NCBI GenBank assembly: GCA_025457625.1
Contig: JALOUA010000002.1
Span: 1 to 51,257, forward strand
Source of the DNA: Akkermansiaceae bacterium
GTDB lineage: Bacteria; Verrucomicrobiota; Verrucomicrobiia; Verrucomicrobiales; Akkermansiaceae
Length of the DNA: 51,257 bases
Direction: 5' to 3'
Part shown: positions 18,806 through 29,983 of the stretch, one piece after another
How positions within the stretch are numbered: position 1 is the stretch's first letter
How the letters are laid out: each line of letters starts with the position of its first letter
The notes under the pieces: generated by a model
Told to the model about the DNA's origin: nothing
What the model saw: the letters and a program-made list of their open reading frames with translations, nothing else
Databases searched by the model: none
Translations under genes and position numbers: made by a program

Positions 18806-19627
18806 ATGATCATTTGGAGCGGACTTGGAATTTTGATCCCCTTGGTGGCGATTTTGGGCATTGTGGTGGGAACCGTCATCTCCGGTGCCGTGGGGTATCC
18901 CGTGGTGGGGCCGGGGCTCGGCCTCGCTCTCGCGGCGGCGGGCAATTGGGGCTTGTGGAAGATGATCTACCCGAAACAACCGAAAATCCTCGTTGATCCG
19001 TCTAACGGGCAGCAGGTGATTCTGAATCCGAAGCACGGACTGTTCTTCATTCCGGCGAAGGCATGGACATGGATTCTCGGGATTCTGGCCGTGCCGATGA
19101 TCCTGCTGGGAGCCGCCGGCGAGGGCGCGGCCGCCAAGGAGGCGGCCAAGCCGGGATACAAGGAGTTCGAGGCCGCCGACAAGCTGATCGACTCGAAAAG
19201 CAACGGCGTGACGCACGGCAACAGCGATGCGGCAAAAGCCTCCGCCGCCGGGTTTTCCTCCTCCATGAAAGCGATGACGGATGCCCTGTTCTCGGGCGGC
19301 AGCAAAAAGAACCTGATGACCGGCGGGGATTTCCTCACCTACTGCCACGATGGCCCGGATACGGTGGTTTTCCTCTGCCATGTGCCATCGCTCCGCAGCT
19401 ACAAGTCTGAGGAGGCGAAGGACGGCCTCAACAAGATCGCATGGGGCGTCGCGTCCCGGGCGGCCGCGGAACTGGATCCGGAAAAGAAGAAAAACCTGAT
19501 GGTCGGCTTGCGCGGCATCGCGTCCTATGGCAGTGTGATGGTTGGAAAATCCGGTGATGCGCAACCCTCAAGCCCGGCGGTTTCGGATGACAAGGCGTTG
19601 TTGCTGCCGGGATTCGCACCGCAATAG
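18806..19627 (+). CDS. Hypothetical membrane protein
   Basis: MIIWSGLGIL start, 3 TM segments with an 'H.LFFIP...W' motif, and a soluble C-terminal domain. Confidence 0.75.
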   Translation: MIIWSGLGILIPLVAILGIVVGTVISGAVGYPVVGPGLGLALAAAGNWGLWKMIYPKQPKILVDPSNGQQVILNPKHGLFFIPAKAWTWILGILAVPMILLGAAGEGAAAKEAAKPGYKEFEAADKLIDSKSNGVTHGNSDAAKASAAGFSSSMKAMTDALFSGGSKKNLMTGGDFLTYCHDGPDTVVFLCHVPSLRSYKSEEAKDGLNKIAWGVASRAAAELDPEKKKNLMVGLRGIASYGSVMVGKSGDAQPSSPAVSDDKALLLPGFAPQ

Positions 19628-19678
19628 GGCCATCGGTCCCGGCAATCATGCGGTGAGGCATGCAAACTCCCGGCAATC

Positions 19679-20725
19679 ATGAACCTGAACGAAGACCACG
19701 TCATCGCGGCCCTTCGCCGCACATGGCAGCCGGTCGGCAACGCCGCCGATCTGCCGCCTGGCGGAATCGTCAGCTACACCTTGCTGGAGACCAGCCTCGT
19801 CATTGTCCGCTTCGAGGACGGACGTCTCCTCGCGGCTGATTCCGCCTGCCCGCACAAGGGGGCCGACTTGTCGAAGGGTTGTCTGCACGAGGGCAATCTC
19901 ATGTGTCCCTACCATGGTTGGGAATTCGCCGCCGACGGCGCCTGCCTTTCCATCCCGTCCCTGCTTGAGCCAAACCCCGAGAAGCTCGCGCTGTCCCACC
20001 TCCGATCCTACCGCATTCAGGAACGCTACGGCTATCTCTGGGTGAAACTCGATGACCGACCGCTGGCCGACGGCCGGCCTCATGAACTGCCCGCCGTGCC
20101 CGAGTTCGAGGACCCGCGCTGGACCTACATCATGGGCCCGCCCATGCCCTTTGCCGCCGGTTGGCGCCGCGAGGTGGAGAACTACCTCGACATGACCCAC
20201 TTTGCATTCGCCCATCGCTCGACCCTTGGCATCTGCGCCGATTCGCGCATTCACGAAATGGACATCTCCGTGCATCCCGACGGCGGCTATCAAATGGATG
20301 CCCCATTCCCGGCGCTCGACAATCACCACGAGCTGCCCGGCAAGCTGCAAAGCTCCCATCACCGCTGCCAGCGCTCCTGGTTGCCGAACTTCACGACCAT
20401 CCGGCAAACCTTCGCCGACGGCGACGAGCGCGTGCTTGTCCACATCCCTTCGCCCAACACCCGGGAAAGTTGCACCTGCTTCTGGTCGCTTGCCATTTCG
20501 CCCGGCTTCAAGGGCCCGCCACCCGGAAAACAAATCGAGTTCGCCATCGGTGTGCTCGATGAGGACCGCCGCATGTGTGAATTGCAAAGCCCCCGCGAGG
20601 TGCCCATCAATCCGGGCCGCGGCGGTTGGGGCGTGCTCGTCACACCGGGTGACAACCTTGCCAACACCTTCCAAAAACAACTCCGCCGCTGGCTGCTCGC
20701 CCAGAACAATGCCGCGCAGGAATGA
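19679..20725 (+). CDS. Rieske non-heme iron oxygenase alpha subunit (VanA/demethylase-like)
   Basis: Rieske CPHKG...CPYHGW. Mononuclear Fe site ENYLDMTHFAFAH...EDRRMCE. Confidence 0.92.
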   Translation: MNLNEDHVIAALRRTWQPVGNAADLPPGGIVSYTLLETSLVIVRFEDGRLLAADSACPHKGADLSKGCLHEGNLMCPYHGWEFAADGACLSIPSLLEPNPEKLALSHLRSYRIQERYGYLWVKLDDRPLADGRPHELPAVPEFEDPRWTYIMGPPMPFAAGWRREVENYLDMTHFAFAHRSTLGICADSRIHEMDISVHPDGGYQMDAPFPALDNHHELPGKLQSSHHRCQRSWLPNFTTIRQTFADGDERVLVHIPSPNTRESCTCFWSLAISPGFKGPPPGKQIEFAIGVLDEDRRMCELQSPREVPINPGRGGWGVLVTPGDNLANTFQKQLRRWLLAQNNAAQE

Positions 20726-21008
20726 TCACCGGAGAGCAGGATCAAAACCGGTGGCCGCCTGCACCCAACCCGTTCCACTGCGGAACGGTGGCGGCGGCCG
20801 GGTGGTGGCGACCGAGGCGCGAAATCCACAAGTGGGGCGGCGCGGATGACGAGTGGGGTCAAAAACCCGCGAAAATGGTTTTTTCCGTTGCAAGGTTGGC
20901 GCTGGTTTGCATCCTCCCGGCGCCCGCAGGCGGCACTTGTGCCAATCGGATTCGGCCTGATAGTCAACCGCCGGGCATCCTGTTTCCCCGCACCGCATCG
21001 CCCTTGTC

Positions 21009-21707
21009 ATGGCAAACATTTTTCCCCGCTGGTCCAACCTGCTTCCCCTTAAAATCGCCGTCTGCGCCGGTTCCGCCGCGGCGGGTGTGGCCCTCGCCTT
21101 CGCTTACTACGCAACGCCCAAGGCCCAGGTGGTGGGATACCAGCCGTCGCAGCCGATTCCGTTTTCCCACAAGATCCACGTCGATCAACTCGGCCTCGAC
21201 TGCCGCTATTGCCACTCGTTTGTGGATGTGGCCGGCCACTCGAACGTGCCGACGGGCAACACCTGCTGGAACTGCCACCAGCACGTCCAGCGCGAGAGTC
21301 CGAAACTCGCGCCGCTGCACAAGTCGATGGACCCGGCGTTTCCCGGTTATGACGGCAAGCCGATCGAGTGGGTGCGCATCCACAAGTCGCCGGATTACGT
21401 CTACTTCAACCACTCGGCACACGTGAACCGCGGCATTTCCTGCCAGAGCTGCCACGGCGACGTGCACAAGATGGAGGTCGTCTGGCAGGACCAGCCGCAT
21501 TCGATGGGCTGGTGCCTTGAGTGCCACCGCGCGCCGGAAAAACACCTGCGCCCGCTTGAGGAGGTCTACAACTTCAACTACGGCGACGCCGACGTGACCA
21601 AGTATTCCAGGGACCAGTCGGTCAAGACGACCCAGGATCTCGGATTGAAGCTCAAGGAGCAGTTCCAGGTGAAGCCCAAGGAAAGCTGCGCCACCTGCCA
21701 CCATTGA
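21009..21707 (+). CDS. actA: Alternative complex III subunit A, pentaheme cytochrome c
   Basis: N-terminal TM, QPIPFSHKIH, and five CxxCH (CRYCH, CWNCH, CQSCH, CLECH, CATCH). First gene of the act cluster. Confidence 0.93.
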   Translation: MANIFPRWSNLLPLKIAVCAGSAAAGVALAFAYYATPKAQVVGYQPSQPIPFSHKIHVDQLGLDCRYCHSFVDVAGHSNVPTGNTCWNCHQHVQRESPKLAPLHKSMDPAFPGYDGKPIEWVRIHKSPDYVYFNHSAHVNRGISCQSCHGDVHKMEVVWQDQPHSMGWCLECHRAPEKHLRPLEEVYNFNYGDADVTKYSRDQSVKTTQDLGLKLKEQFQVKPKESCATCHH

Positions 21708-21753
21708 TCCGCCCGAAATTTTTCCACACTCTCCACATTTTCCGCAGTCAGAC

Positions 21754-24700
21754 ATGAGCAAGCGCATTTGGCACCACCCCGAAGTTCCGGCCGGCGAAAC
21801 CACCGTTTCCTGGCGCAGCGCGGGCCAGCTTGAGGACACGCCCGCGTTCCGCGAGTGGCTCGACCGCGAGTTTCCGCAGGGGGCTGCCGAGATGGCTGAC
21901 GAATCGGAGGCGGAAACCTCGCGCCGTTCGTTTCTCAAGCTGATGGGGGCCTCGACCGCGCTGGCCGGCTTCGGCATGGCCGCCTGCCGCCGGCCGGAAA
22001 GCTACATCGTCCCTTACACCAAGGCCCCCGAGTGGGTGATCCCGGGCAAGGCGACTTATTATGCCTCCGCCATGCCGCGTGCGACCGGTGCCACGCCGCT
22101 GGTCGTGACGACCTTCGAAGGCCGCCCCACCAAGCTCGCACCTAACACGCTTCACCCGGACGCCGCGGGCACGGACGCCTTCGCGCAGGCCTCGGTGCTG
22201 GATTTATATTCGCCGTCGCGCTCGCGCAGGATCCTCAAGGCCGGGAAACCCGCCAAACGCGCGGAACTCGATGCCGCCATCGCCGCCATCGCCGCCGACA
22301 AGGCCGCGAAGGTCGGTTTCCTCTTCGGTGCCGACGACAGCCCCACCCGCAACCGCCTGCGCAAGGAAATCGCCGCCATCTTTCCCGCGGCGAAGTTCTA
22401 TCAATACGAAGCGCTGACCCCCGACTCGATGGATGGCGTGAGGATGGTCGCGGATTTCACCAAGGCGGACCGCATTCTCGCGCTCGACTGCGATTTCGCG
22501 GGCATCGACCCGCAGGGACCGGTGACTGCGTTTTTCGACTGCCGCAAGCCGGAGGGCAAGGGCTACGACCAAACGCCGGACGCCGCGAAGATGAACCGCC
22601 TCTACGCGGTGGAGGCCGCTTATTCGCTCACCGGTGGCATGGCGGATCACCGCTTGCGGGTGGCGCCCAGCCAGGTCGCCGCCGTGGCCGCCCAACTCGC
22701 CCGCGAACTCGGCGTTTCCGGCATCCCATCCGACGGGGCAATCACCGACAGCAAGCAGCTCGAATGGATCAGTGCGATGGCCGCCGACCTCAAGAGCCAC
22801 GCCGGCAAGTCCGCGGTGCTTGCCGGTTCGCGCCAATCGGCCGCCGTTCGGCAACTCGCGCAGGCCATCAACCTGGCGCTCGGCAACATCGGTGAGGACA
22901 AGCCGCTGTTTGCCGTGCTGACGGAGGCCACCGGTCTCGGCACGCTCGCCTCGCTCAAGGCGGACATCGATGCGGGCGCCATCGACACGCTCTTCCTCTT
23001 CACTCCGTCCAATCCGGTTTACGACGCTCCGGCGGATCTCGGTTTCCCGGCCGCGCTGGCCAAGGTGAAAACCAGCATCCATCACGGCGAACGCACGGAT
23101 GCCACCGCCCATGCCTGCACCTGGCACATTCCGGCCGCGCATTATCTGGAGTCGTGGTCGGACGCCCGCAGCGCCCGCGGCACCTACACGGTGGTGCAGC
23201 CGATGATCCTGCCGCTCTATCAGGATTGCATCGCTGAAACCGAACTCCTGCTCGCGCTGCTCTCCGCCGATGGCAAACTGCTCGCCGGCGAGGGTGAAAA
23301 AGGCGCGCCTTCACCTGCCTATGGCGCCGTGCGCAAGACATTCGCGACGCTCGGCGGCGAAGGCGATGCCGCGTGGAAGAAACTCCTGCGCGATGGTTTC
23401 CTCCCCGGTTCGCAATATGCCTCCGCCACGCCGGCGGCCGGTCCGGTATCTCCGGACACAGTTCCCGCCGCCCCGGCCATCGACTCGCTGGAAGTCATCT
23501 TCGCCACCGACGCCTCGGTTTACGACGGCCGCTGGATCGACAACGCATGGCTTCAGGAAGCGCCCGATCCGATTTCCAAGCTCACATGGGACAACGCCGC
23601 GCTCATCGCCCCCAAGACCGCCAAGGAGCTGGGCATCTACGACGAGATCATCGCCATCGAAAATCCCCGCGCGCTCGGCTCGCCGGATGGTGAGGGCGAA
23701 AACCGCAAGTCACCCATCATCGAGGTGGCGGTCAACGGCCGCACGCTTGAAATCCCGGTGCTCGTTTCCTTCGGCCAGGCCGAAAACACCATCATCATTC
23801 CGCTCGGTTACGGCCAGGCCTTCGACAAGGACGACGAATTGGAGCGCAAGCCCGCCAACCAATCGCACGTCGGCCTGGTGGGTGTGAACCGCGGCTTCAA
23901 TGCCTACCCGCTGCGCGACACCGCCACGGCTTACTTCGCCACCGGAGCCACCGTCAAATCCACCGGCAAGCGCTACTCGGTGGCGCTCGTCCAGGAGCAC
24001 AGCGCGATGTATGGCCGCGCGCTCGCCCGCGAGATTTCCACCATCGACTCGCAGGACGACAAAGGCGGTTTCGAAAAGCAACTTGCCAACGTCAAAAAGC
24101 AGGGCAACGACTCGCACGCGCCGACAAACATTTCCCTCTACAAGCCGATGGGCTCCGCCAGATGGAATCCCGGCCCGGATGGCAAGGCGCAGCCGCTCAT
24201 CAACGACCCGCTCCACCAGTGGGCGATGACCATCGACCTTTCCTCCTGCATGGGCTGCAACGCCTGCCTCGTCGCCTGCCAGGCGGAAAACAACATCCCG
24301 GTCGTCGGCAAGGAACAGGTCGCCAAAGGCCGCGAAATGCACTGGATCCGCATGGACCGGTATTTCGCCGTGCAAAAGGACAACACTTTCGATGCCGACA
24401 ACCCGGCGCTCGTTCCCCAGCCGGTGGCCTGCGTGCAGTGCGAGTTCGCGCCTTGTGAAACCGTCTGCCCGGTCAATGCCACCGTCCACACCGAGGACGG
24501 ACTCAACGCAATGGCCTACAACCGCTGCATCGGCACCCGCTACTGCGCCAACAACTGCCCCTACAAGGCGCGCCGCTTCAATTTCTTCGACTACAACAAG
24601 CGCAACCCGCTCATCAAACACAACCTCTACCGTGGCCCGCTCGGCGAAAAAACCGTGGGCGAGGCAAACCACCTCCAGAAGAACCCGAACGTCACCGTCC

Positions 24701-25092
24701 GCATGCGCGGCGTGATGGAAAAGTGCACTTACTGCGTGCAGCGCCTCAAGGATTCCGTCATCCGCCAGAAGCGCGGCCAGAAGCAGGAGGCGCTCGTCGC
24801 CGGCAAGCCTTCCACCGAGATGGAAGTCACCGAAAAAACCCTGCGCATCCCGGTGGACTCGGTGAAGGTCGCCTGCCAGGAAGCCTGCCCGGCGGACGCC
24901 ATCACCTTCGGCAACCTCAAGGACGAGGAAAAATCCGCAATGTTCCGCGCCAAGTCCGGCGAGCGCAATTACGACCTGCTCAACTACATCGGCACCCGCC
25001 CGCGCACCAGCTACCTGGCCCGCGTCAAAAACCCGAACCCCGACATGCCGGACGCCAAATTCATCGGCAAAGCCACCATTCACATGGTTTGA
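21754..25092 (+). CDS. actB: Alternative complex III subunit B (molybdopterin-oxidoreductase-like fold + Fe-S domain)
   Basis: TAT-like SRRSFLKLMGAS and lipobox AA-C. C-terminal Fe-S motifs CMGCNACLVAC, CVQC...PC..VCP, CIGTRYCANNCP and KCTYC...CQEACP. Confidence 0.95.
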   Translation: MSKRIWHHPEVPAGETTVSWRSAGQLEDTPAFREWLDREFPQGAAEMADESEAETSRRSFLKLMGASTALAGFGMAACRRPESYIVPYTKAPEWVIPGKATYYASAMPRATGATPLVVTTFEGRPTKLAPNTLHPDAAGTDAFAQASVLDLYSPSRSRRILKAGKPAKRAELDAAIAAIAADKAAKVGFLFGADDSPTRNRLRKEIAAIFPAAKFYQYEALTPDSMDGVRMVADFTKADRILALDCDFAGIDPQGPVTAFFDCRKPEGKGYDQTPDAAKMNRLYAVEAAYSLTGGMADHRLRVAPSQVAAVAAQLARELGVSGIPSDGAITDSKQLEWISAMAADLKSHAGKSAVLAGSRQSAAVRQLAQAINLALGNIGEDKPLFAVLTEATGLGTLASLKADIDAGAIDTLFLFTPSNPVYDAPADLGFPAALAKVKTSIHHGERTDATAHACTWHIPAAHYLESWSDARSARGTYTVVQPMILPLYQDCIAETELLLALLSADGKLLAGEGEKGAPSPAYGAVRKTFATLGGEGDAAWKKLLRDGFLPGSQYASATPAAGPVSPDTVPAAPAIDSLEVIFATDASVYDGRWIDNAWLQEAPDPISKLTWDNAALIAPKTAKELGIYDEIIAIENPRALGSPDGEGENRKSPIIEVAVNGRTLEIPVLVSFGQAENTIIIPLGYGQAFDKDDELERKPANQSHVGLVGVNRGFNAYPLRDTATAYFATGATVKSTGKRYSVALVQEHSAMYGRALAREISTIDSQDDKGGFEKQLANVKKQGNDSHAPTNISLYKPMGSARWNPGPDGKAQPLINDPLHQWAMTIDLSSCMGCNACLVACQAENNIPVVGKEQVAKGREMHWIRMDRYFAVQKDNTFDADNPALVPQPVACVQCEFAPCETVCPVNATVHTEDGLNAMAYNRCIGTRYCANNCPYKARRFNFFDYNKRNPLIKHNLYRGPLGEKTVGEANHLQKNPNVTVRMRGVMEKCTYCVQRLKDSVIRQKRGQKQEALVAGKPSTEMEVTEKTLRIPVDSVKVACQEACPADAITFGNLKDEEKSAMFRAKSGERNYDLLNYIGTRPRTSYLARVKNPNPDMPDAKFIGKATIHMV

Positions 25093-25119
25093 TTCCAGCA
25101 TCCCAGCATTTTCCCCATC

Positions 25120-26585
<1,466 letters not shown>

Positions 26586-26586
<1 letters not shown>

Positions 26587-26613
26587 TTTCAAATCTCAAA
26601 TCTCAAATTTCAA
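26586..26613 (+). repeat. 4 x 7-bp tandem repeat ATYTCAA (actC/actD junction)
   Basis: ATTTCAA ATCTCAA ATCTCAA ATTTCAA. Confidence 0.85.
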
Positions 26614-26622
26614 ATCCACCAA

Positions 26623-27177
26623 GTGAGCACCACCCGCAAACGCGTTTACGGCTACCTCGCCGAGTTCAAGAGCGCCTCCGCCCTTTACAAGGCCGCGGAG
26701 AAGATCCGCGACGCCGGCTTCCGCAAGTGGGACTGTTACTCGCCCTATCCGATCCACGGGCTGGATGGCGCGATGGGTCTCAAGCGCTCGATCCTGCCGT
26801 GGTTCGTCTTCTTCGGCGGCATGACCGGCTGCGCCACCGCCTTCGCGCTGGCCTACTCCACGCAGGTGGTGATCTACCCGACCATTGTGCAGGCCAAGCC
26901 GGCCAACATCTTCACCGTCCCGGCTTTCTTTCCGGTGATGTTCGAACTGACGATCCTGTTCTCCGGTTTCACCGTGTTGTTCGGCCTGCTCGCGCTCATC
27001 CAACTGCCGCGCCTCAACCATCCGCTGTTCGCGAGCAAGCAGTTCCACCGCGCCACCGACGACGGCTTCTTCATCGCCATCGAAGCCCGCGATCCGAAAT
27101 TCAGCCCCAACCAGACCAAGGAACTGCTCGCCGAAATCGGCGGTGCCAACATCGAACTCGTCGAAGAAGAGGACTGA
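26623..27177 (+). CDS. actD: Alternative complex III subunit D (DUF3341)
   Basis: GTG start. Motifs YSPYPIHGLD.AMG, F.PVMFELTILF and T.DGFFIAIE. Confidence 0.93.
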   Translation: MSTTRKRVYGYLAEFKSASALYKAAEKIRDAGFRKWDCYSPYPIHGLDGAMGLKRSILPWFVFFGGMTGCATAFALAYSTQVVIYPTIVQAKPANIFTVPAFFPVMFELTILFSGFTVLFGLLALIQLPRLNHPLFASKQFHRATDDGFFIAIEARDPKFSPNQTKELLAEIGGANIELVEEED

Positions 27178-27183
27178 CCGGCA

Positions 27184-27211
27184 ATTTCCAATCCCGAATT
27201 TCAAATCTCAA
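27184..27211 (+). repeat. 4 x 7-bp degenerate tandem repeat (actD/actE junction)
   Basis: ATTTCCA ATCCCGA ATTTCAA ATCTCAA. Confidence 0.75.
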
Positions 27212-27222
27212 ATTTTCGTTAG

Positions 27223-27870
27223 ATGCGCTACTTTTTCCTAGCCTACGCCCTGATCGCGCTGCTCGTCGTCGGCATCTTCGGCTTGCGCGGCCAGAAGTTC
27301 TCCAAGCCGCCGGTCCGGATCTTCCCGGACATGGACGAGCAGGACAAACTCAAGGCGCAGAAACCGGATCCGTTCTTCGCCGACGGCCAGGGTGCCCGCC
27401 TGCCCGTGGCGCAGACCTTTCCGCGCGGCTTCAACCCGGATGGCGAAAAAAGCATCGGTGGCATCCCCGAATATGAATTCGGAGGCGGAACCGGCTACTA
27501 CTTCACCGGCCATGTCGGAGACTATTATGGCAATGGCATGCCCGAAGAACTCGGCCTGACGCCCGAAAACGCCGCCGAACTGATCCTGCGCGGCAAGGAG
27601 CGCTTTGGCATCTATTGCGCGGTTTGCCACGGCGCGTCCGGAGATGGCAACGGCATCACCGCCAACTACGGTGTCCCCGTGGCTGCCAATCCGAATGCGA
27701 AGCTCAACGCCCTCACCCAGGAAAGCTATCCTGACGGCCGCCTCTACGAAGTCATCACCAACGGCAAGGGACTGATGAGCGGCTATGGCTACAACATCCC
27801 GGTGCGCGACCGCTGGGCCATCGTCGCCTACATCCACACCCTGCAGGCCGCGAAAGCATCGTCCAAATAA
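27223..27870 (+). CDS. actE: Alternative complex III subunit E, mono-heme cytochrome c
   Basis: PDMDEQ.K..Q...FFADG, G..RF.IYCAVCHG..GDG.G and G.GLM..Y......DRWAIVAYI. Confidence 0.9.
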   Translation: MRYFFLAYALIALLVVGIFGLRGQKFSKPPVRIFPDMDEQDKLKAQKPDPFFADGQGARLPVAQTFPRGFNPDGEKSIGGIPEYEFGGGTGYYFTGHVGDYYGNGMPEELGLTPENAAELILRGKERFGIYCAVCHGASGDGNGITANYGVPVAANPNAKLNALTQESYPDGRLYEVITNGKGLMSGYGYNIPVRDRWAIVAYIHTLQAAKASSK

Positions 27871-27883
27871 TTTTCCCATCGCA

Positions 27884-29194
27884 ATGGCCCACCACCACGT
27901 CACTTCCGCAGACATCGCCATCGACGGCGACCATCTGGATGCCTCCAAGTTTTCCAAGGTGAAAACCATCGCCATGGCGCTGGCCGCCGGCGGCACGCTG
28001 GTCAGTCTTTACCTGCTGTTCTTCGCTCCGGAAAAGGTCCGCGGGCCCTTCGCCTATTCCTGGCTGTTCGCCTTCTACTTCTTCCTCACGCTGTCGATCG
28101 GCGGCTGTTTCTGGACGCTGCTCCACAACGTCTCCAACTCGGGGTGGGGGACCTCGGTGCGCCGCACCTTCGAGAACCTCGGCTCCACCTATCCGTGGAT
28201 GTTCCTCTTCGGCCTGCCGCTGCTGTGCCCGGACGTCCAGCAATACCTCTACGAGTGGATGAACACCCACCGCGCCGCACCCGGTGCGGTGAAGGAACAC
28301 CTGCATCACGTCGATCACCTGCTTTACAACAAGTATTGGTACATGAACCTGCCCTTCTGGTATGGCCGTGTCATCTTCTGGGGCGTGGGCCTGAGTCTCG
28401 TCATCATCGGCCTGCGCAAACTCTCCATCGCCCAGGACACCGATCCCACCCCGGGCACCAAACGTCTCTTCCAAGCGCGTTTCCACTCGACCTACACGCT
28501 CATCATCTTCGCGCTGACAATCACCTTCACCGGTTTCGATTTCCTCATGGGCCTCGATTACAAATGGTTCTCCACCATGTGGGGCGTTTATCTGTTCGCC
28601 GGTTCCGCGCTCAACTCGATGGCGGTCATCATCCTCGTCTGCGCGTGGCTCAGGAGCCAGGGCCACCTGAAAAACGTCACCGGTCCCGAGCATTTCCACA
28701 TCATGGGCAAGCTGTTGTTCGCCTTCACCGTGTTCTGGGCCTACATCGCCTTCTCTCAGTATTTCCTCATCTGGTATGCAAACATCACCGAGGAAACCTC
28801 GTATTTCCTCATCCGCAATACCGGCAACTGGAACACCGGAATGATCGCGCTGGTCTTCGGCCACTTCGTCATTCCCTTCGTCATCCTGCTCCAGGCATGG
28901 CTCAAGCGGAACCCGAAAACCCTCTCGATCATGGCGGTCTACACGCTCGCCATGCACGTGCTCGACCACTACCTCATCACCATCCCCGAGCGCGGCATCT
29001 CGCTGGGCAACATCAAGCCCGAGGTCTTCGGGGGAATCCAGCCATCGATTCCCGGCGCCTTCTGGGGCGACATCCTCGCCTTCGTCACCATCGGCGCGGC
29101 CTTCCTGTTCTTCCTGCTGCGCGCCATCGGCCAGCACTCGCTCTATCCCAACCGAGACCCGCGCATCCTCGAGTCCGCCAATCTCTCCAACTGA
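27884..29194 (+). CDS. actF: Alternative complex III subunit F (ActC paralogue, polytopic membrane protein)
   Basis: W...VRR..E, YMN.PF...R, D..M.L...WFSTMWG and GKLLFAF..FWAY..FSQYFLIWYANI.EE. Start MAHHHV. Confidence 0.92.
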   Translation: MAHHHVTSADIAIDGDHLDASKFSKVKTIAMALAAGGTLVSLYLLFFAPEKVRGPFAYSWLFAFYFFLTLSIGGCFWTLLHNVSNSGWGTSVRRTFENLGSTYPWMFLFGLPLLCPDVQQYLYEWMNTHRAAPGAVKEHLHHVDHLLYNKYWYMNLPFWYGRVIFWGVGLSLVIIGLRKLSIAQDTDPTPGTKRLFQARFHSTYTLIIFALTITFTGFDFLMGLDYKWFSTMWGVYLFAGSALNSMAVIILVCAWLRSQGHLKNVTGPEHFHIMGKLLFAFTVFWAYIAFSQYFLIWYANITEETSYFLIRNTGNWNTGMIALVFGHFVIPFVILLQAWLKRNPKTLSIMAVYTLAMHVLDHYLITIPERGISLGNIKPEVFGGIQPSIPGAFWGDILAFVTIGAAFLFFLLRAIGQHSLYPNRDPRILESANLSN

Positions 29195-29212
29195 CCCGTT
29201 TCACGACCTTTC

Positions 29213-29968
29213 ATGGACCCCAATCGCGACAATCCGATCCTCCGCTTCACCACTTTCTGGTGGGGCATCGGCAGTTTCCTGATCTTCGCCGTGGTGCTCG
29301 CGGTGATCCTCCTGCTCAACCGCAAGGCACCGCAAACACTCGAAGACGCCGCCGCCAAGCCGCGCTACGAAATCAAGGCCAGGGTGGATGCCGCGCAGGC
29401 CGCGAACCTGCCGAAGGAAGCCATCGAGACCGCCATTCCGGACGTCGCCGCCAAACTCGCCGCCAGCAAGCCAACCGCCGTCGAGAAACCCGAGCAGGTG
29501 GTGCCCGGATCGCCGACCGCTGAAAAACTCGCCTCCGCGCCGCCGGTGGACACCGCCGCCATCGACGCCGCGCCCGCCACCGACGAGCCGCCCGATCCCG
29601 CGGTGATGGCCATCGGCAAGGTGCAGTTCATGGTTTGCGCCGCCTGCCACGGCCAGAATGGCGAGGGAGGTCCCGCCGCTCCGCCGCTTGCGGGATCCGA
29701 GTGGGTGAACGGCCCGGTTTCCAACCTCATCCGCATCCAACTCCGCGGCCTGCAGGGGCCCATCAAGGTGAAGGGCACCGAATACAACTTCCCGGGCGGC
29801 ATGGCACCGATGGCTTATCAGACCGACGAGCAGATCGCCGCCGTTCTGACATACGTGCGCAACAATTTTGGCAACAAGGCATCCGCCGTGAAACCCGAGC
29901 AGGTGGCCGCGCTCCGCAGCGAGGTCGGCAAGCCACAGGTCACCGCCGCCGAACTCACCCAGCCCTGA
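29213..29968 (+). CDS. Membrane-anchored mono-heme cytochrome c
   Basis: N-terminal TM and Ala/Pro linker, then CAACHG..GEG...PPLAGSEWV...GGM...LTYVRNNFGN. Confidence 0.9.
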   Translation: MDPNRDNPILRFTTFWWGIGSFLIFAVVLAVILLLNRKAPQTLEDAAAKPRYEIKARVDAAQAANLPKEAIETAIPDVAAKLAASKPTAVEKPEQVVPGSPTAEKLASAPPVDTAAIDAAPATDEPPDPAVMAIGKVQFMVCAACHGQNGEGGPAAPPLAGSEWVNGPVSNLIRIQLRGLQGPIKVKGTEYNFPGGMAPMAYQTDEQIAAVLTYVRNNFGNKASAVKPEQVAALRSEVGKPQVTAAELTQP

Positions 29969-29983
29969 TCCCTCACCACATCG

